A stretch of 64,000 nucleotides of DNA from Saccharofermentanales bacterium (GCA_050945495.1 JBMNTA010000001.1:61075-125074); one strand, 5' to 3'; counted from the first letter of the stretch, positions 26,955 to 37,977 are shown. Program-made: numbers and translations. The notes: generated by a model not told the origin, from the sequence alone.

Positions 26955-28688
26955 ATGGATCGCCAAGCACTGAAACACCTCATTGACGTCGCCGCCGGCA
27001 GAGCCCCGGCCGACCTCGTCATCCGACGTTGCCGGATCGTCGACGTCGGATCGGGCACGATTCGTGAAGGCGACATCGCCATCACGGACGGCTTGATCGC
27101 CGGCACCGGATCTTACGAAGGCAAGACCACGATCGACGCCAAAGGGCTCTATGCCCTCCCCGGCCTGATCGACGGACACATCCACATCGAATCGGCGTTC
27201 GTGACCCCCGAAGAGATCAGCCGTTTGCTGGTTCCGCACGGCACGACCACCATCATCGCCGATCCCCATGAGATCGTAAACGTCGCGGGTCTTCGCGGCT
27301 TCAACTACATGCTCGACGCCGCGGCCCACGCCCATCTACATATAGAATACATGCTCCCGTCGTGCGTCCCGGCAACGCCCTTTGAGCATGCCGGATGCGT
27401 TTTGAGTTCCGATATGATGGATGCGCCCTTGGCCGACGAACGCGTTTTGGGTCTCGGCGAATTCATGAACTTCCCCGGCGTCGTCAACGCCGACGATGAA
27501 GTGTTGAACAAACTCCTGGCCGGCAAACGCGCCGGCAAACCGATCGACGGCCACAGCCCGGGCCTCTCCGGATCGGCCCTGGCGGCGTACGCCTCGGCCG
27601 GCATCCTCGCCGATCACGAATGTTCCACCGCCGAAGAAATGCGCGAACGCCTCGCAAACGGCATGTACATTCTCATGCGCCGGGGATCCGCGTGCCACAA
27701 CTTGGAAGCGCTCCTCCCCGTCGTCACCGTGACGAACGCGCGCCGCTGCCTCTTGTGTTCCGACGACCGCCAACCGAAAACCATCTTGGAAGAGGGGCAC
27801 TTGGACGATCACCTGCGCCGGTGCGTGAACTTCGGCATCGACCCGATCGTCGCCGTCCAGATGGCCTCGTTGAACGCGGCCGAATGCTTCGGCCTTAACG
27901 ATCGCGGCGCGATTTTCCCCGGCCGACGCGCCGACATCGCCCTGGTCGACGGGCTCGACACCTTCGTGGCCAAACACGTCTTCATCGACGGCGTCGAAGT
28001 GGCTCGCGACGGCGAGTATCTTCTGGACATCGAACGCGCCGACATCACGCCGGTGCGCAGCAGCGTCCACGTCAAAGATTTCTCGATCGAACGCCTCAAG
28101 CTGCCGCTTAAAAGCGAACGCGTCCACGTCATCGACATCATGCCCGGCGGCGTGGTGACCGGCAAAGGCGTCGAGACGGTGAAGCGCGATGCGGACGGCG
28201 ACTTCGTCTTCGACCCCGAGCTCGATGTCGTCAAACTCGCGGTCATCGAACGCCATCATTCGACGGGGAACGTCGCCGTCGGCTTGCTGCGCGGGTACGG
28301 CCTCCGACGCGGCGCCGTGGCACTGACCATCGCCCACGACTCCCACAACATCATCGTGGCGGGCACGAACGACGACGACATGGTCACGACCGTCGAAGCG
28401 ATCATTGCCCAGGAAGGCGGCATCGTCCTCGCGAACGACGGCGAGATTCTGTACCGCCTGCCCCTCCCCGTCGGCGGGATCATGAGCGATCGCTCGGGCG
28501 AGTGGGTGATGGAGCAGTTGACCGCCATTCACAAAGCGGCGATCGACGACCTCGGCATTCGCGACGACATTGAACCCGTGATGACGCTGTGCTTCATGTC
28601 GTTGCCGGTCATCCCGGAATTGAAGCTGACGGACATGGGACTCTTCGACGTGACACAGTTTGATTTCATCCCGATCGAAGCGGACTGA
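26955..28688 (+). CDS. ade: Adenine deaminase
   Basis: 577 aa from ATG 26955 (MDRQALKHLIDVAAG...). AAGGAGG RBS. GLIDGHIHIESAF metal motif. Length and domain order fit the Ade family. Confidence 0.88.
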   Translation: MDRQALKHLIDVAAGRAPADLVIRRCRIVDVGSGTIREGDIAITDGLIAGTGSYEGKTTIDAKGLYALPGLIDGHIHIESAFVTPEEISRLLVPHGTTTIIADPHEIVNVAGLRGFNYMLDAAAHAHLHIEYMLPSCVPATPFEHAGCVLSSDMMDAPLADERVLGLGEFMNFPGVVNADDEVLNKLLAGKRAGKPIDGHSPGLSGSALAAYASAGILADHECSTAEEMRERLANGMYILMRRGSACHNLEALLPVVTVTNARRCLLCSDDRQPKTILEEGHLDDHLRRCVNFGIDPIVAVQMASLNAAECFGLNDRGAIFPGRRADIALVDGLDTFVAKHVFIDGVEVARDGEYLLDIERADITPVRSSVHVKDFSIERLKLPLKSERVHVIDIMPGGVVTGKGVETVKRDADGDFVFDPELDVVKLAVIERHHSTGNVAVGLLRGYGLRRGAVALTIAHDSHNIIVAGTNDDDMVTTVEAIIAQEGGIVLANDGEILYRLPLPVGGIMSDRSGEWVMEQLTAIHKAAIDDLGIRDDIEPVMTLCFMSLPVIPELKLTDMGLFDVTQFDFIPIEAD

Positions 28689-28711
28689 CGGCAATCGACG
28701 TCATCGAAACA

Positions 28712-28737
28712 AACGGGCCGGCGATCGCCGGCCCGTT
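28712..28737. terminator. Perfect 26-bp palindrome between convergent ade and the amidohydrolase gene
   Basis: AACGGGCCGGCGATCGCCGGCCCGTT. No strong U-run on either side. Confidence 0.6.
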
Positions 28738-28764
28738 GTCTGTACCCTTACCTTTCGGATCGCG

Positions 28765-30129
28765 TCAGTAACCCGCACGGTCGAGCATCCGTGCGACGCT
28801 TTCGCGCGCTTGTGCGGCGACGCGTTCCTCATCGATGTTCAACAGGCGGCCGTCCTCCGCGACCAACGCGCCGTTCACGAAGACGAGTGCGGCCGGCGCG
28901 GCCACGCCGACGGTGCCGAGCAGGTTCTTCGGATCGTTGTCGGCACAGACAAACTCCAACGACGTGGCATCGATCGCAAAGAGGTCGGCCGCCATGCCGG
29001 GGGCCAACGCACCGATGTCGTCGCGGCCGAGCAGCGTCGCGCTACCGCGGGTCGCCATCTTCAATAGGTCGTAACCCGACGGTGCCGCGTCGGAGTAATG
29101 AAGTCGATGCAAGAGGTACGCGGCTCGGATTTCGGCCATCAAATTGGAACAGTCGTTGCTCGCGCTGCCGTCCACGGCGAGCCCGAGCGGCACCCCCAAT
29201 CGGAGTAAATCGGGCACGCGACAGACGCCGGACGCGAGTTTCATGTTGGACGCGGGACAGTGCGCGACCCCCGTCTTCGTCTCGGCCAACACCTTCAGTT
29301 CATCATCATTGAAATGAATGCCGTGCGCGTACCAGACGTCGTCGCCGAGCCAGTCACAGCTCGCCATGTATTCCAACGGGCGCATCTCGAACATGTCGAG
29401 ACAGAATTGTTCTTCGTCCTTGGTCTCGCACAGGTGCGTGTGCAAACGCACGCCCAACGATCGCGCCAACGCCGCCGATGCTTTCAAAAGATCGGTCGTG
29501 ACGCTGAACGGCGAACACGGTGCCAGCGCGACTTGATGCATCGCAAAGCGCTCGGGATCGTGGAATTTCCGCACGAGCCGCTCACTGTCTTTGAGAATCG
29601 TCTCGGTGTCTTGCACGAGGTCGTCGGGCGGCAATCCCCCGTCGCTCTCGCCGCGCGACATGCTGCCCCGCGTCGCGTGGAGTCGGATCCCCAATCGGTC
29701 GGCCGCTTCAAATTGGCGATCGATGAAGGTCTCCGAACCCGCTTTCGGGAAGACGTAGTGGTGATCGAGGCACGTCGTGCAGCCATAACGCAAGAGCTCA
29801 CCCAGACCGGTCAACGCACTGTCGTAAATGCATCGGTCGTCCAGATACCGCCAGATCTGATACAGCGCCTTCAGCCAGTCGAACAGCTCAAGGTTCTGAA
29901 CCTTCGCCAAGTTGCGGGTAAACGTCTGATACAAATGGTGGTGCGTGTTGACCAGGCCGGGGTACAGGATTTTCCCCGTGCAATCGATCACGCGATCGCC
30001 CGTCAAACCGTGACCCAGCGCTTGGATCGCGGGGCCTTCGATCCGAAGATCCGCATGCTTCAGGACGCGATCCTCATCGTCCACCGTCACGATCGCCTGC
30101 GCATTTTTCAAAAGAATCGTCTCGTGCAT
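28765..30129 (-). CDS. Amidohydrolase of the 8-oxoguanine deaminase / chlorohydrolase (SsnA-like) family
   Basis: 454 aa from ATG 30129 (MHETILLKNAQAIVT...). GGAGG RBS. VNTHHHLYQT, HTHLCET, AHGIH and AVDGSASND metal/active-site blocks. Confidence 0.8.
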   Translation of the reverse strand: MHETILLKNAQAIVTVDDEDRVLKHADLRIEGPAIQALGHGLTGDRVIDCTGKILYPGLVNTHHHLYQTFTRNLAKVQNLELFDWLKALYQIWRYLDDRCIYDSALTGLGELLRYGCTTCLDHHYVFPKAGSETFIDRQFEAADRLGIRLHATRGSMSRGESDGGLPPDDLVQDTETILKDSERLVRKFHDPERFAMHQVALAPCSPFSVTTDLLKASAALARSLGVRLHTHLCETKDEEQFCLDMFEMRPLEYMASCDWLGDDVWYAHGIHFNDDELKVLAETKTGVAHCPASNMKLASGVCRVPDLLRLGVPLGLAVDGSASNDCSNLMAEIRAAYLLHRLHYSDAAPSGYDLLKMATRGSATLLGRDDIGALAPGMAADLFAIDATSLEFVCADNDPKNLLGTVGVAAPAALVFVNGALVAEDGRLLNIDEERVAAQARESVARMLDRAGY

Positions 30130-30204
30130 AACAGCCTCCATGGGTCACATTCGTGAAACATGCCCATTATAATGGAAATCCCTTGGCAGACGCGAGGCGA
30201 TAGA

Positions 30205-30231
30205 TTGGCACTCTCGCCGTGAGAGTGCTAA
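30205..30231. promoter_or_regulatory. CIRCE element (HrcA operator)
   Basis: TTGGCACTC-tcgccgtga-GAGTGCTAA against the consensus TTAGCACTC-N9-GAGTGCTAA (one mismatch). It lies 117 nt upstream of hsp20. Confidence 0.85.
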
Positions 30232-30347
30232 ATTTCAGATTTGCGTCACGATTCCATGAACTTGATGTCACATCTCCCGACTACCCTATACATGTAAAGA
30301 AAACGGTGGTCGATGCCACCCGAACCATTGAAAGGAGTCCATAGATT

Positions 30348-30776
30348 ATGTTTGATTTAATGCCTTACAGACGGCACAACCGTGGTTTGTTGAATGATTT
30401 TGATCGCTTTTTCGACAGCGCGATGATGGAGTGGCCCGGCGTTCGCGGCTTCAAAGTCGACGTTCAAGACTGTGGCGACCACTTCCTTCTGGAAGCGGAC
30501 CTCCCCGGCGCGACGAAAGACGATGTCACCTTGACCCTCGACGGCACCCTGCTCACGATTCATGCGGAGCAGAACGCGGAGACGACCGAGGAAGACACGC
30601 ACTATATCTACAAAGAGCGTTCCTTCGGCTCCTGCTCCCGTACCTTTGATGTCTCGGGGATTAAGACCGACGAGATTTCCGGCAAATTCAAGGACGGCGT
30701 CCTCACGCTGACGCTCCCGAAAGAAGCGCCGGAAGAGGATCAACCTACTACCATCGATATTGAGTTCGAAGATTAA
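30348..30776 (+). CDS. Hsp20/alpha-crystallin small heat-shock protein
   Basis: 142 aa. AAAGGAG RBS. The alpha-crystallin domain runs from FKVDVQDCGDHFLLEADLPG to GVLTLTLPK. Confidence 0.92.
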   Translation: MFDLMPYRRHNRGLLNDFDRFFDSAMMEWPGVRGFKVDVQDCGDHFLLEADLPGATKDDVTLTLDGTLLTIHAEQNAETTEEDTHYIYKERSFGSCSRTFDVSGIKTDEISGKFKDGVLTLTLPKEAPEEDQPTTIDIEFED

Positions 30777-30804
30777 TCGAACCATCAATATATGCCCACA
30801 GACG

Positions 30805-30831
30805 AAAGGGGAGGCCATGCGCCTCCCTTTT
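30805..30831 (+). terminator. Intrinsic terminator after hsp20
   Basis: AAAGGGGAGGC-catgc-GCCTCCCTTTT. Confidence 0.8.
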
Positions 30832-30971
30832 CCTTACTCGTGCGGATACGAAAAAGGACACCTTCGAGACGTGCGATCCCTTTTGCGGTAGAATGGTAAC
30901 GTCGTTTTGCGACGTCACGTCGCGCCTTTCACGCATCAACGGCACACATCGACGGGAGGGTGTCCTTCGGT

Positions 30972-32375
30972 ATGGCAAAAAAGCCCCAACAATCGAAAGA
31001 TCAAGAGCTCGGCACGCGGCCGGTGGGTCGCCTCTTGTTTGATCTCGCGCTGCCCGCCGTCTTGGGACAACTTGTCAACCTCCTCTACAACATCGTCGAC
31101 CGCATCTTCATCGGCAACATGCCCGTCACGGGCAACGTGGCTCTGTCGGCCTTGGGTGTGGCGATGCCCGTCGTCATGATGATCGGGGCCTTCGCCTTTT
31201 TGGTCGGCATGGGCGGTGCGCCGCGGGCCGCGATCGCCTTGGGCGCGGGAGAACGCGACCACGCCGAAAAGATTCTCGGCAACGCCGTGACGATGCTCGT
31301 CTTGATCGCCGCCGTGCTGACGGCCGTGTTCTTGACGTTCAACGAAACGTTCCTGTGGTTTTTCGGGGCAAGCGATGCGACCATCGGCTACGCCATGGAA
31401 TACATGCAGATGTATACGATCGGCACGATCTTCGTCATGCTGGCCCTCGGACTCAACCCGTTCATCAGCACACAGGGTTACGCCAAGATGAGCATGGTGA
31501 CGATCACGATCGGCGCGGCGCTGAACATCGCCTTGGATCCGCTCTTCATCTACACCTTCGACATGGGGGTCCGCGGCGCGGCGCTTGCGACCATCATCAG
31601 TCAGGGCGTGTCGGCCGTCTGGGTCGTGACGTTCCACTCGTTGGACCGCGACCGCATGCGGATTCGACCGAAACATCTGCGCCTTGAGGGGTCCGTCGTC
31701 TTGTCGATCCTCGCCTTGGGTCTCTCCCCGTTCATCATGAACATCACGGAGAGCTTCCTGATGGTTGTCTTCAACAAAAACTTGTTCCGTTACGGCGGCG
31801 ACAACGCGATCGGCGCCATGACGATCATGAACTCGGCCATGAGCTTTTCGTTCTTGCCGCTCTCGGGCATCAGCCAAGGGGCACAGCCGATCATCAGCTT
31901 CAATTACGGCGCAAAGAAACCTGAGCGCATGCAACAGGCCTTTCACTACCTCTTGCGCAGCGCGCTCGTCTATTCCGGCGCGTTCTTTGCCTTCATCATG
32001 ATTGCACCGCACGTGTTCGCCCGACTGTTTACGCCGGATCCGACGCTGTTGGCGCTGACGAGCCGCGGCTTGCGCGTCTACATGTTCGGCACACTCGCCA
32101 TGGCCGTCCAAATTTCGTGCCAACAGACGTTTCTCGCCCTCGGCAAGGCCAAGGTCTCGATTTTCCTCGCCCTTTTGCGAAAGATCATCCTGTTGATCCC
32201 CTTGATCTACCTCTTGCCGCACCTCTTGCGCGACCAACTGTTTGCCGTGTGGCTCGCCGAACCCGTGGCCGATATCATTTCGGCGACGACCGCCGGCCTT
32301 TTGTTCCGAAAACACTTCAAGAACACGATCGCCGACCTCCGCGGCCCCGACCACGAAGATACCCTTCCCGCGTAA
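30972..32375 (+). CDS. MATE family efflux transporter
   Basis: 467 aa from ATG 30972 (MAKKPQQSKDQELGTRPVGRLLFDLALPAVLGQLVNLLYNIVDRIFIG). 12-TM pattern. The tracked GTG 30960 abuts the GGGAGG and is too close. Confidence 0.88.
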   Translation: MAKKPQQSKDQELGTRPVGRLLFDLALPAVLGQLVNLLYNIVDRIFIGNMPVTGNVALSALGVAMPVVMMIGAFAFLVGMGGAPRAAIALGAGERDHAEKILGNAVTMLVLIAAVLTAVFLTFNETFLWFFGASDATIGYAMEYMQMYTIGTIFVMLALGLNPFISTQGYAKMSMVTITIGAALNIALDPLFIYTFDMGVRGAALATIISQGVSAVWVVTFHSLDRDRMRIRPKHLRLEGSVVLSILALGLSPFIMNITESFLMVVFNKNLFRYGGDNAIGAMTIMNSAMSFSFLPLSGISQGAQPIISFNYGAKKPERMQQAFHYLLRSALVYSGAFFAFIMIAPHVFARLFTPDPTLLALTSRGLRVYMFGTLAMAVQISCQQTFLALGKAKVSIFLALLRKIILLIPLIYLLPHLLRDQLFAVWLAEPVADIISATTAGLLFRKHFKNTIADLRGPDHEDTLPA

Positions 32376-32410
32376 CATTTAGCCTGTTTATAAGCGGAAC
32401 GGCACCCCCC

Positions 32411-32462
32411 TTGACAAGTGGTTAGTCATGGCTTACATTGGTAACGGTTAGTCGATACTAAC
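32411..32462 (+). promoter_or_regulatory. Sigma-A-type promoter (TTGACA-17-TACATT) with candidate operator
   Basis: TTGACA at 32411-32416 and TACATT at 32434-32439. GGTTAGTC occurs twice (32420-32427 and 32446-32453). The second copy is part of the perfect palindrome GTTAGTCGATACTAAC at 32447-32462. Confidence 0.55.
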
Positions 32463-32488
32463 ATCTTATGGGCATGGAGGGACGACAC

Positions 32489-33088
32489 GTGCGGAATGCA
32501 ACCTCATACCACGTCGACGACGATCGGGCGATCCTGGACGACATCCATCGGACGATCGTGATCCACGGAGCGGCCACGCTGGCCGGTCTCAAAGTGGGCA
32601 GTCTGTTCTGCTATCGCGGGTTTGTTGGTCCTCTTTTATCACATCACTTGGAATCAACGCGTCGGTTATTGGCCGAGCGCGGTGTTCTTTTGCATGTATT
32701 CCGTCGGTGCGAACGCGGATGTCAAATTTACATCTACCGCCCCTCCATGCTCCGAACTCTGTTGGACGACGATGACGTACGGGCCTTCCTGACATCGTAC
32801 GGCTATGACGTGGATCAGCCGACCGACGCGCTGGTTCGGCGCCTGGCCGAACGCTTCCGAAGCGATCGGTTCCCGCACGAACTGGGCATCTTTTTGGGCT
32901 ATCCCCTCCACGACGTCGAAGGTTTTATCCGCCATCGCGGAAAAAATTACCTCTGCGCCGGCTGCTGGAAAGTGTACGCCGAGCGCGAACGCGCCGAAGC
33001 GATGTTTCAGAAAATCAAATCCTGCCGCGAGACATTGCTCGATCGATATCAATCGGGCGCGCCCTTGCGGCAACTCATCGCGGCATAA
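32489..33088 (+). CDS. DUF3793 family protein
   Basis: Conserved PHELGIFLGYPLHDVEGFI and YLCAGCWKVY blocks. Start set to GTG 32489, with GGAGG 8 nt upstream. The tracked ATG 32468 has no RBS. Start uncertain. Confidence 0.7.
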   Translation: MRNATSYHVDDDRAILDDIHRTIVIHGAATLAGLKVGSLFCYRGFVGPLLSHHLESTRRLLAERGVLLHVFRRCERGCQIYIYRPSMLRTLLDDDDVRAFLTSYGYDVDQPTDALVRRLAERFRSDRFPHELGIFLGYPLHDVEGFIRHRGKNYLCAGCWKVYAERERAEAMFQKIKSCRETLLDRYQSGAPLRQLIAA

Positions 33089-33106
33089 CCTCAAGGAGGA
33101 TCATCG

Positions 33107-33517
33107 ATGAAAAAGACAGCGATCATTTACTGGAGCGGCACCGGCAACACGGAAGCGATGGCGGAAGCCCTCGCCGCGGCCGCCCAAGGCGACCTCTTCC
33201 CCGTGGATGCCTTTGACGTGACCACGTGGGACGATTACGACGCGTATGCGCTGGGCTGCCCGGCCATGGGCGCCGAGGAACTCGAAGACGCGGATTTCCA
33301 ACCGTTCTTTGACGCCGTCAAAGAACGACTCGCCGACCGTCCGCTGGCCCTCTTCGGCTCGTACGGTTGGGGCGACGGCGAATGGATGCAAACATGGGAA
33401 GCGGAATGCCGCGACCTCGGCGCGCTGCTCGTCGATGACCCCGTGATCTGCATGGAAGCCCCCGATGACGAGGCCCTTGAAGCCCTCGAAGCCCTCGGAA
33501 AAAAACTATCTTCGTAG
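33107..33517 (+). CDS. Short-chain flavodoxin
   Basis: 136 aa. MKKTAIIYWSGTGNTEAMAE (FMN phosphate loop) and GSYGWGDGEWM. AAGGAGG RBS. Confidence 0.92.
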   Translation: MKKTAIIYWSGTGNTEAMAEALAAAAQGDLFPVDAFDVTTWDDYDAYALGCPAMGAEELEDADFQPFFDAVKERLADRPLALFGSYGWGDGEWMQTWEAECRDLGALLVDDPVICMEAPDDEALEALEALGKKLSS

Positions 33518-33553
33518 ACCCCCTCTACGACGTTCCTTTCTTCTGCCAAAGGA

Positions 33554-33581
33554 GGCTGTCGCTTCAATCGAAGCGGCAGCC
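33554..33581 (+). terminator. Terminator hairpin after the flavodoxin gene
   Basis: GGCTGTCGCTTC-aatc-GAAGCGGCAGCC followed by TTCTTCG. Confidence 0.65.
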
Positions 33582-33632
33582 TTCTTCGTCGTTAACACGA
33601 TTTCGATGGCATCCGCCGGAACATGCACCCCG

Positions 33633-34817
33633 TTACGCGAGTCGGCCGATCGCCTCCTCGATCTTATCCATCGCTTCGACGAGGTTCTCCATGGAGTTGG
33701 AATACGTCAGACGAAGGGCGTACGGCGCTTCGAACGCGTTGCCGGGGACAAGCGCCACCCCCGCTTCGTCGAGGAGGTAGTTTGCGAGAGCCGGGGCGCC
33801 GTCGATCACGACGTCCCCCGCGCGTTTGCCGAAAAGGCCGGAGACGTCCGGGAAGAGATAGAACGCGCCGTCCGGGAACGGACACGTGACGCCCGGCAGC
33901 GCCCGAACGCGCTCGTACATGTAGTTTCGGCGCTCCTCGAACGCTTGACGCATCATTTCGACGGCGTCATTACATGATTCCAACGCCGCGATCGCCGCCC
34001 ACTGGACAAACGACGTGGAGTTTGACGTCGTGTGGCCTTGGATGGCGCTGATGCCTCGGATGACGGGACGCGGGCCGGCCGCGTAGCCGATCCGCCATCC
34101 GGTCATGGCGTACGCCTTGGAAAATGCATTGATCGTGACGGTGCGCTCGTAAATGTCGGGGCCGAACGACGCGGGACTCACGTGCGGCGTCGTCCCGTAG
34201 ATCAATTTTTCGTAGACTTCGTCCGTGACGAGAAACAGATCGTGATCGACGACGATCTTTGCGATGCGACGGAGGCTTGCCTCCGTGTACACGGCGCCCG
34301 TCGGGTTGTTCGGCGAATTGATGAGGAGGACGCGCGTCTTCGGCGTGACGGCCGCCTCGATCGCGTCGAGGTCGAGTTGGTTGTCGGCCTTGACCGGCAC
34401 CAACACGGGCACGGCGTCGGCAAGTTTCACCATCTCGACGTAGCTCACCCAGCACGGGGTCGGAATGATGACCTCGTCGCCGGGATTGCAGAGCACTTGA
34501 AACGTGTTCGCGAGCGCGAATTTGGCGCCCGTCGACACGATGATCTGGTCGGGCGCGTAGTCGATGCCGTTATCTTTTTTGAATTTGCGGGCGATGGCTT
34601 CACGCAGCGGGCGAATGCCGGGCGTCTCGGTGTACTTCGTTTTGCCTTCCAACATTGCGCGATACGCCGCCTCGATGACGGGTTTCGGCGTGTTGAAATC
34701 GGGCTCGCCGCTGTTCAAGGCGATGATGCGCTTCCCTTCCGCGCGCAACTCGGCGACCTTGCTGTTCAAGGCCAAGGTCTGTGACGGCGACATGCGGCGA
34801 ATGCGATCGGAAATCAT
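33633..34817 (-). CDS. Class I pyridoxal-phosphate aminotransferase (aspartate aminotransferase-like)
   Basis: 394 aa. NSPNNPTG and SKAYAMTGWRIGY (PLP lysine). Confidence 0.88.
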   Translation of the reverse strand: MISDRIRRMSPSQTLALNSKVAELRAEGKRIIALNSGEPDFNTPKPVIEAAYRAMLEGKTKYTETPGIRPLREAIARKFKKDNGIDYAPDQIIVSTGAKFALANTFQVLCNPGDEVIIPTPCWVSYVEMVKLADAVPVLVPVKADNQLDLDAIEAAVTPKTRVLLINSPNNPTGAVYTEASLRRIAKIVVDHDLFLVTDEVYEKLIYGTTPHVSPASFGPDIYERTVTINAFSKAYAMTGWRIGYAAGPRPVIRGISAIQGHTTSNSTSFVQWAAIAALESCNDAVEMMRQAFEERRNYMYERVRALPGVTCPFPDGAFYLFPDVSGLFGKRAGDVVIDGAPALANYLLDEAGVALVPGNAFEAPYALRLTYSNSMENLVEAMDKIEEAIGRLA

Positions 34818-34829
34818 GACGATCCTCCC

Positions 34830-36617
<1,788 letters not shown>

Positions 36618-36785
36618 GTGATTTCCCCTCCGAAATGTTTGATCAACTTGAGTCTACCACGTCGGGCTCCGAAAATGCATGACCCACCGCCTTCTAACCG
36701 CTGACGTGAGGGGCAGTCGCGCATGGCACGTCCACGGCTTTTTTTAAACAAAATTTTACACGTCCGTGACCTGCGAGTACTTGAC

Positions 36786-36825
36786 CTGTCGTAGTAATTG
36801 GATTACCCTTTAACTACTACGACAG
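36786..36825. promoter_or_regulatory. 11-bp perfect inverted repeat, candidate PadR operator
   Basis: CTGTCGTAGTA-N18-TACTACGACAG. It starts within a TTGACC -35-like hexamer (36781-36786) and ends 20 nt before padR. Confidence 0.55.
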
Positions 36826-36844
36826 ACGAAGTAAAGGAGGCGCC

Positions 36845-37171
36845 ATGATCTCAAGCGACACCATGCGGGGCTTCAACGACTTGTTGATCCTGCACCTGCT
36901 CTCTTTGGAAGATTCGTACGGGTATGCCCTCTCGAAACGCATCAGTGAGCTGTCGGAGGGACAATACAACATCAAGGAGACGACGTTGTATTCCGCATTC
37001 AACCGAATGGAACGCCAAGGGTGGATCCGTGGGTATGACGGCCTGGAAACGCATGGTCGTATGCGCACGTATTTTGCGATCACCGATCTCGGTCGACACG
37101 TATTGGCCGACAAGCGCGTGGAGTGGACCACCGTCCAACGCGTCATGAAAAACATTTTGGAGGCATCTTAA
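36845..37171 (+). CDS. PadR family transcriptional regulator
   Basis: 108 aa. LLILHLLSLEDSYGYALSKRI...IKETTLYSAFNRMERQGWI is a winged-helix PadR signature. Confidence 0.9.
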   Translation: MISSDTMRGFNDLLILHLLSLEDSYGYALSKRISELSEGQYNIKETTLYSAFNRMERQGWIRGYDGLETHGRMRTYFAITDLGRHVLADKRVEWTTVQRVMKNILEAS

Positions 37172-37911
37172 TGGACAGCATTCTCGCTTACATCAACAAT
37201 CTATTCTCGACCATTCCCGACAACGACGCGACGCGTCGCCTTCGCCTCGATATGATCCGTGACGGCGAAGAACGTTATCGCGACTACCGCGCCGAAGGCA
37301 AAAACGAAGCGGAGGCCATCGGACTCGTCATTCAACACTTCGGCAACTTCGATGACATCCGACAACAGTACGGGACCATCGAATCGCCCACCATGATCTC
37401 CCCCGCGGAACAAGCCAACCGCGACGCCATGGTCGAATCGTTCATGCGATTTCGGAAACGCTTTGCGCTCGGCATCGGCATCGGCGTTCTGATCTGCATC
37501 TTCGCCATCGTGATCGCCGCCATCGCCGATCAATACACGGACAACGAAGCCATCCTCACGGCCGCTTTCTTCGTCCCCGTCGCCATCGGGGTGCTGCTGT
37601 TCGTCGTCTACGGCATCCGATACAGTCATTACACGACGTACTTTAAGGCCAATAAAATGTATGAGTACACGGGGCTTCCCGACACCGACGATGATGACTT
37701 GCCGATCATTACCGAGGATATGCCGGAACAAGAAAAGGAGTACATCCGCCGACGCCGCCGTGTCAATCTCATCGGCAACGCCTTGACTTTCATCGCCCTC
37801 ATCGGATTTCTCGCGATCGGCTTCTTTCTGGATGCGTGGCATCCCGGTTGGCTGATTTTCCTGGTCGCCTTCGGCATCAAGCTGGTGCTCCAAGCCTTTT
37901 ACGTCAAATAA
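37171..37911 (+). CDS. PadR-associated membrane protein (DUF1700-like N-terminal helical prefix plus 4 TM segments)
   Basis: 246 aa from ATG 37171, which overlaps the padR stop (TAATG). Begins MDSILAYINNLFSTIPDNDATRRL... Confidence 0.7.
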   Translation: MDSILAYINNLFSTIPDNDATRRLRLDMIRDGEERYRDYRAEGKNEAEAIGLVIQHFGNFDDIRQQYGTIESPTMISPAEQANRDAMVESFMRFRKRFALGIGIGVLICIFAIVIAAIADQYTDNEAILTAAFFVPVAIGVLLFVVYGIRYSHYTTYFKANKMYEYTGLPDTDDDDLPIITEDMPEQEKEYIRRRRRVNLIGNALTFIALIGFLAIGFFLDAWHPGWLIFLVAFGIKLVLQAFYVK

Positions 37912-37933
37912 ACGCGTCGCACCCGACGAAAAA

Positions 37934-37951
37934 GGCCGCCGATCGGCGGCC
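37934..37951. terminator. Perfect-palindrome bidirectional terminator
   Basis: AAAAA-GGCCGCCGATCGGCGGCC-TTTG, between convergent genes. Confidence 0.75.
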
Positions 37952-37977
37952 TTTGACGTGTGGTAAAAGCGATCTCT

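Noticed and set aside
30205-30222. TTGGCAC...: possible sigma-54 -24 element (TGGCAC) upstream of hsp20
   Set aside because: No TTGC -12 element lies at the required 5-nt spacing. The TGGCAC is simply the left arm of the CIRCE inverted repeat.
30936-32378. 480-aa minus-strand ORF
   Set aside because: Antisense to the MATE transporter gene. Its composition is Arg/Asp/His-rich with no TM segments or motifs.
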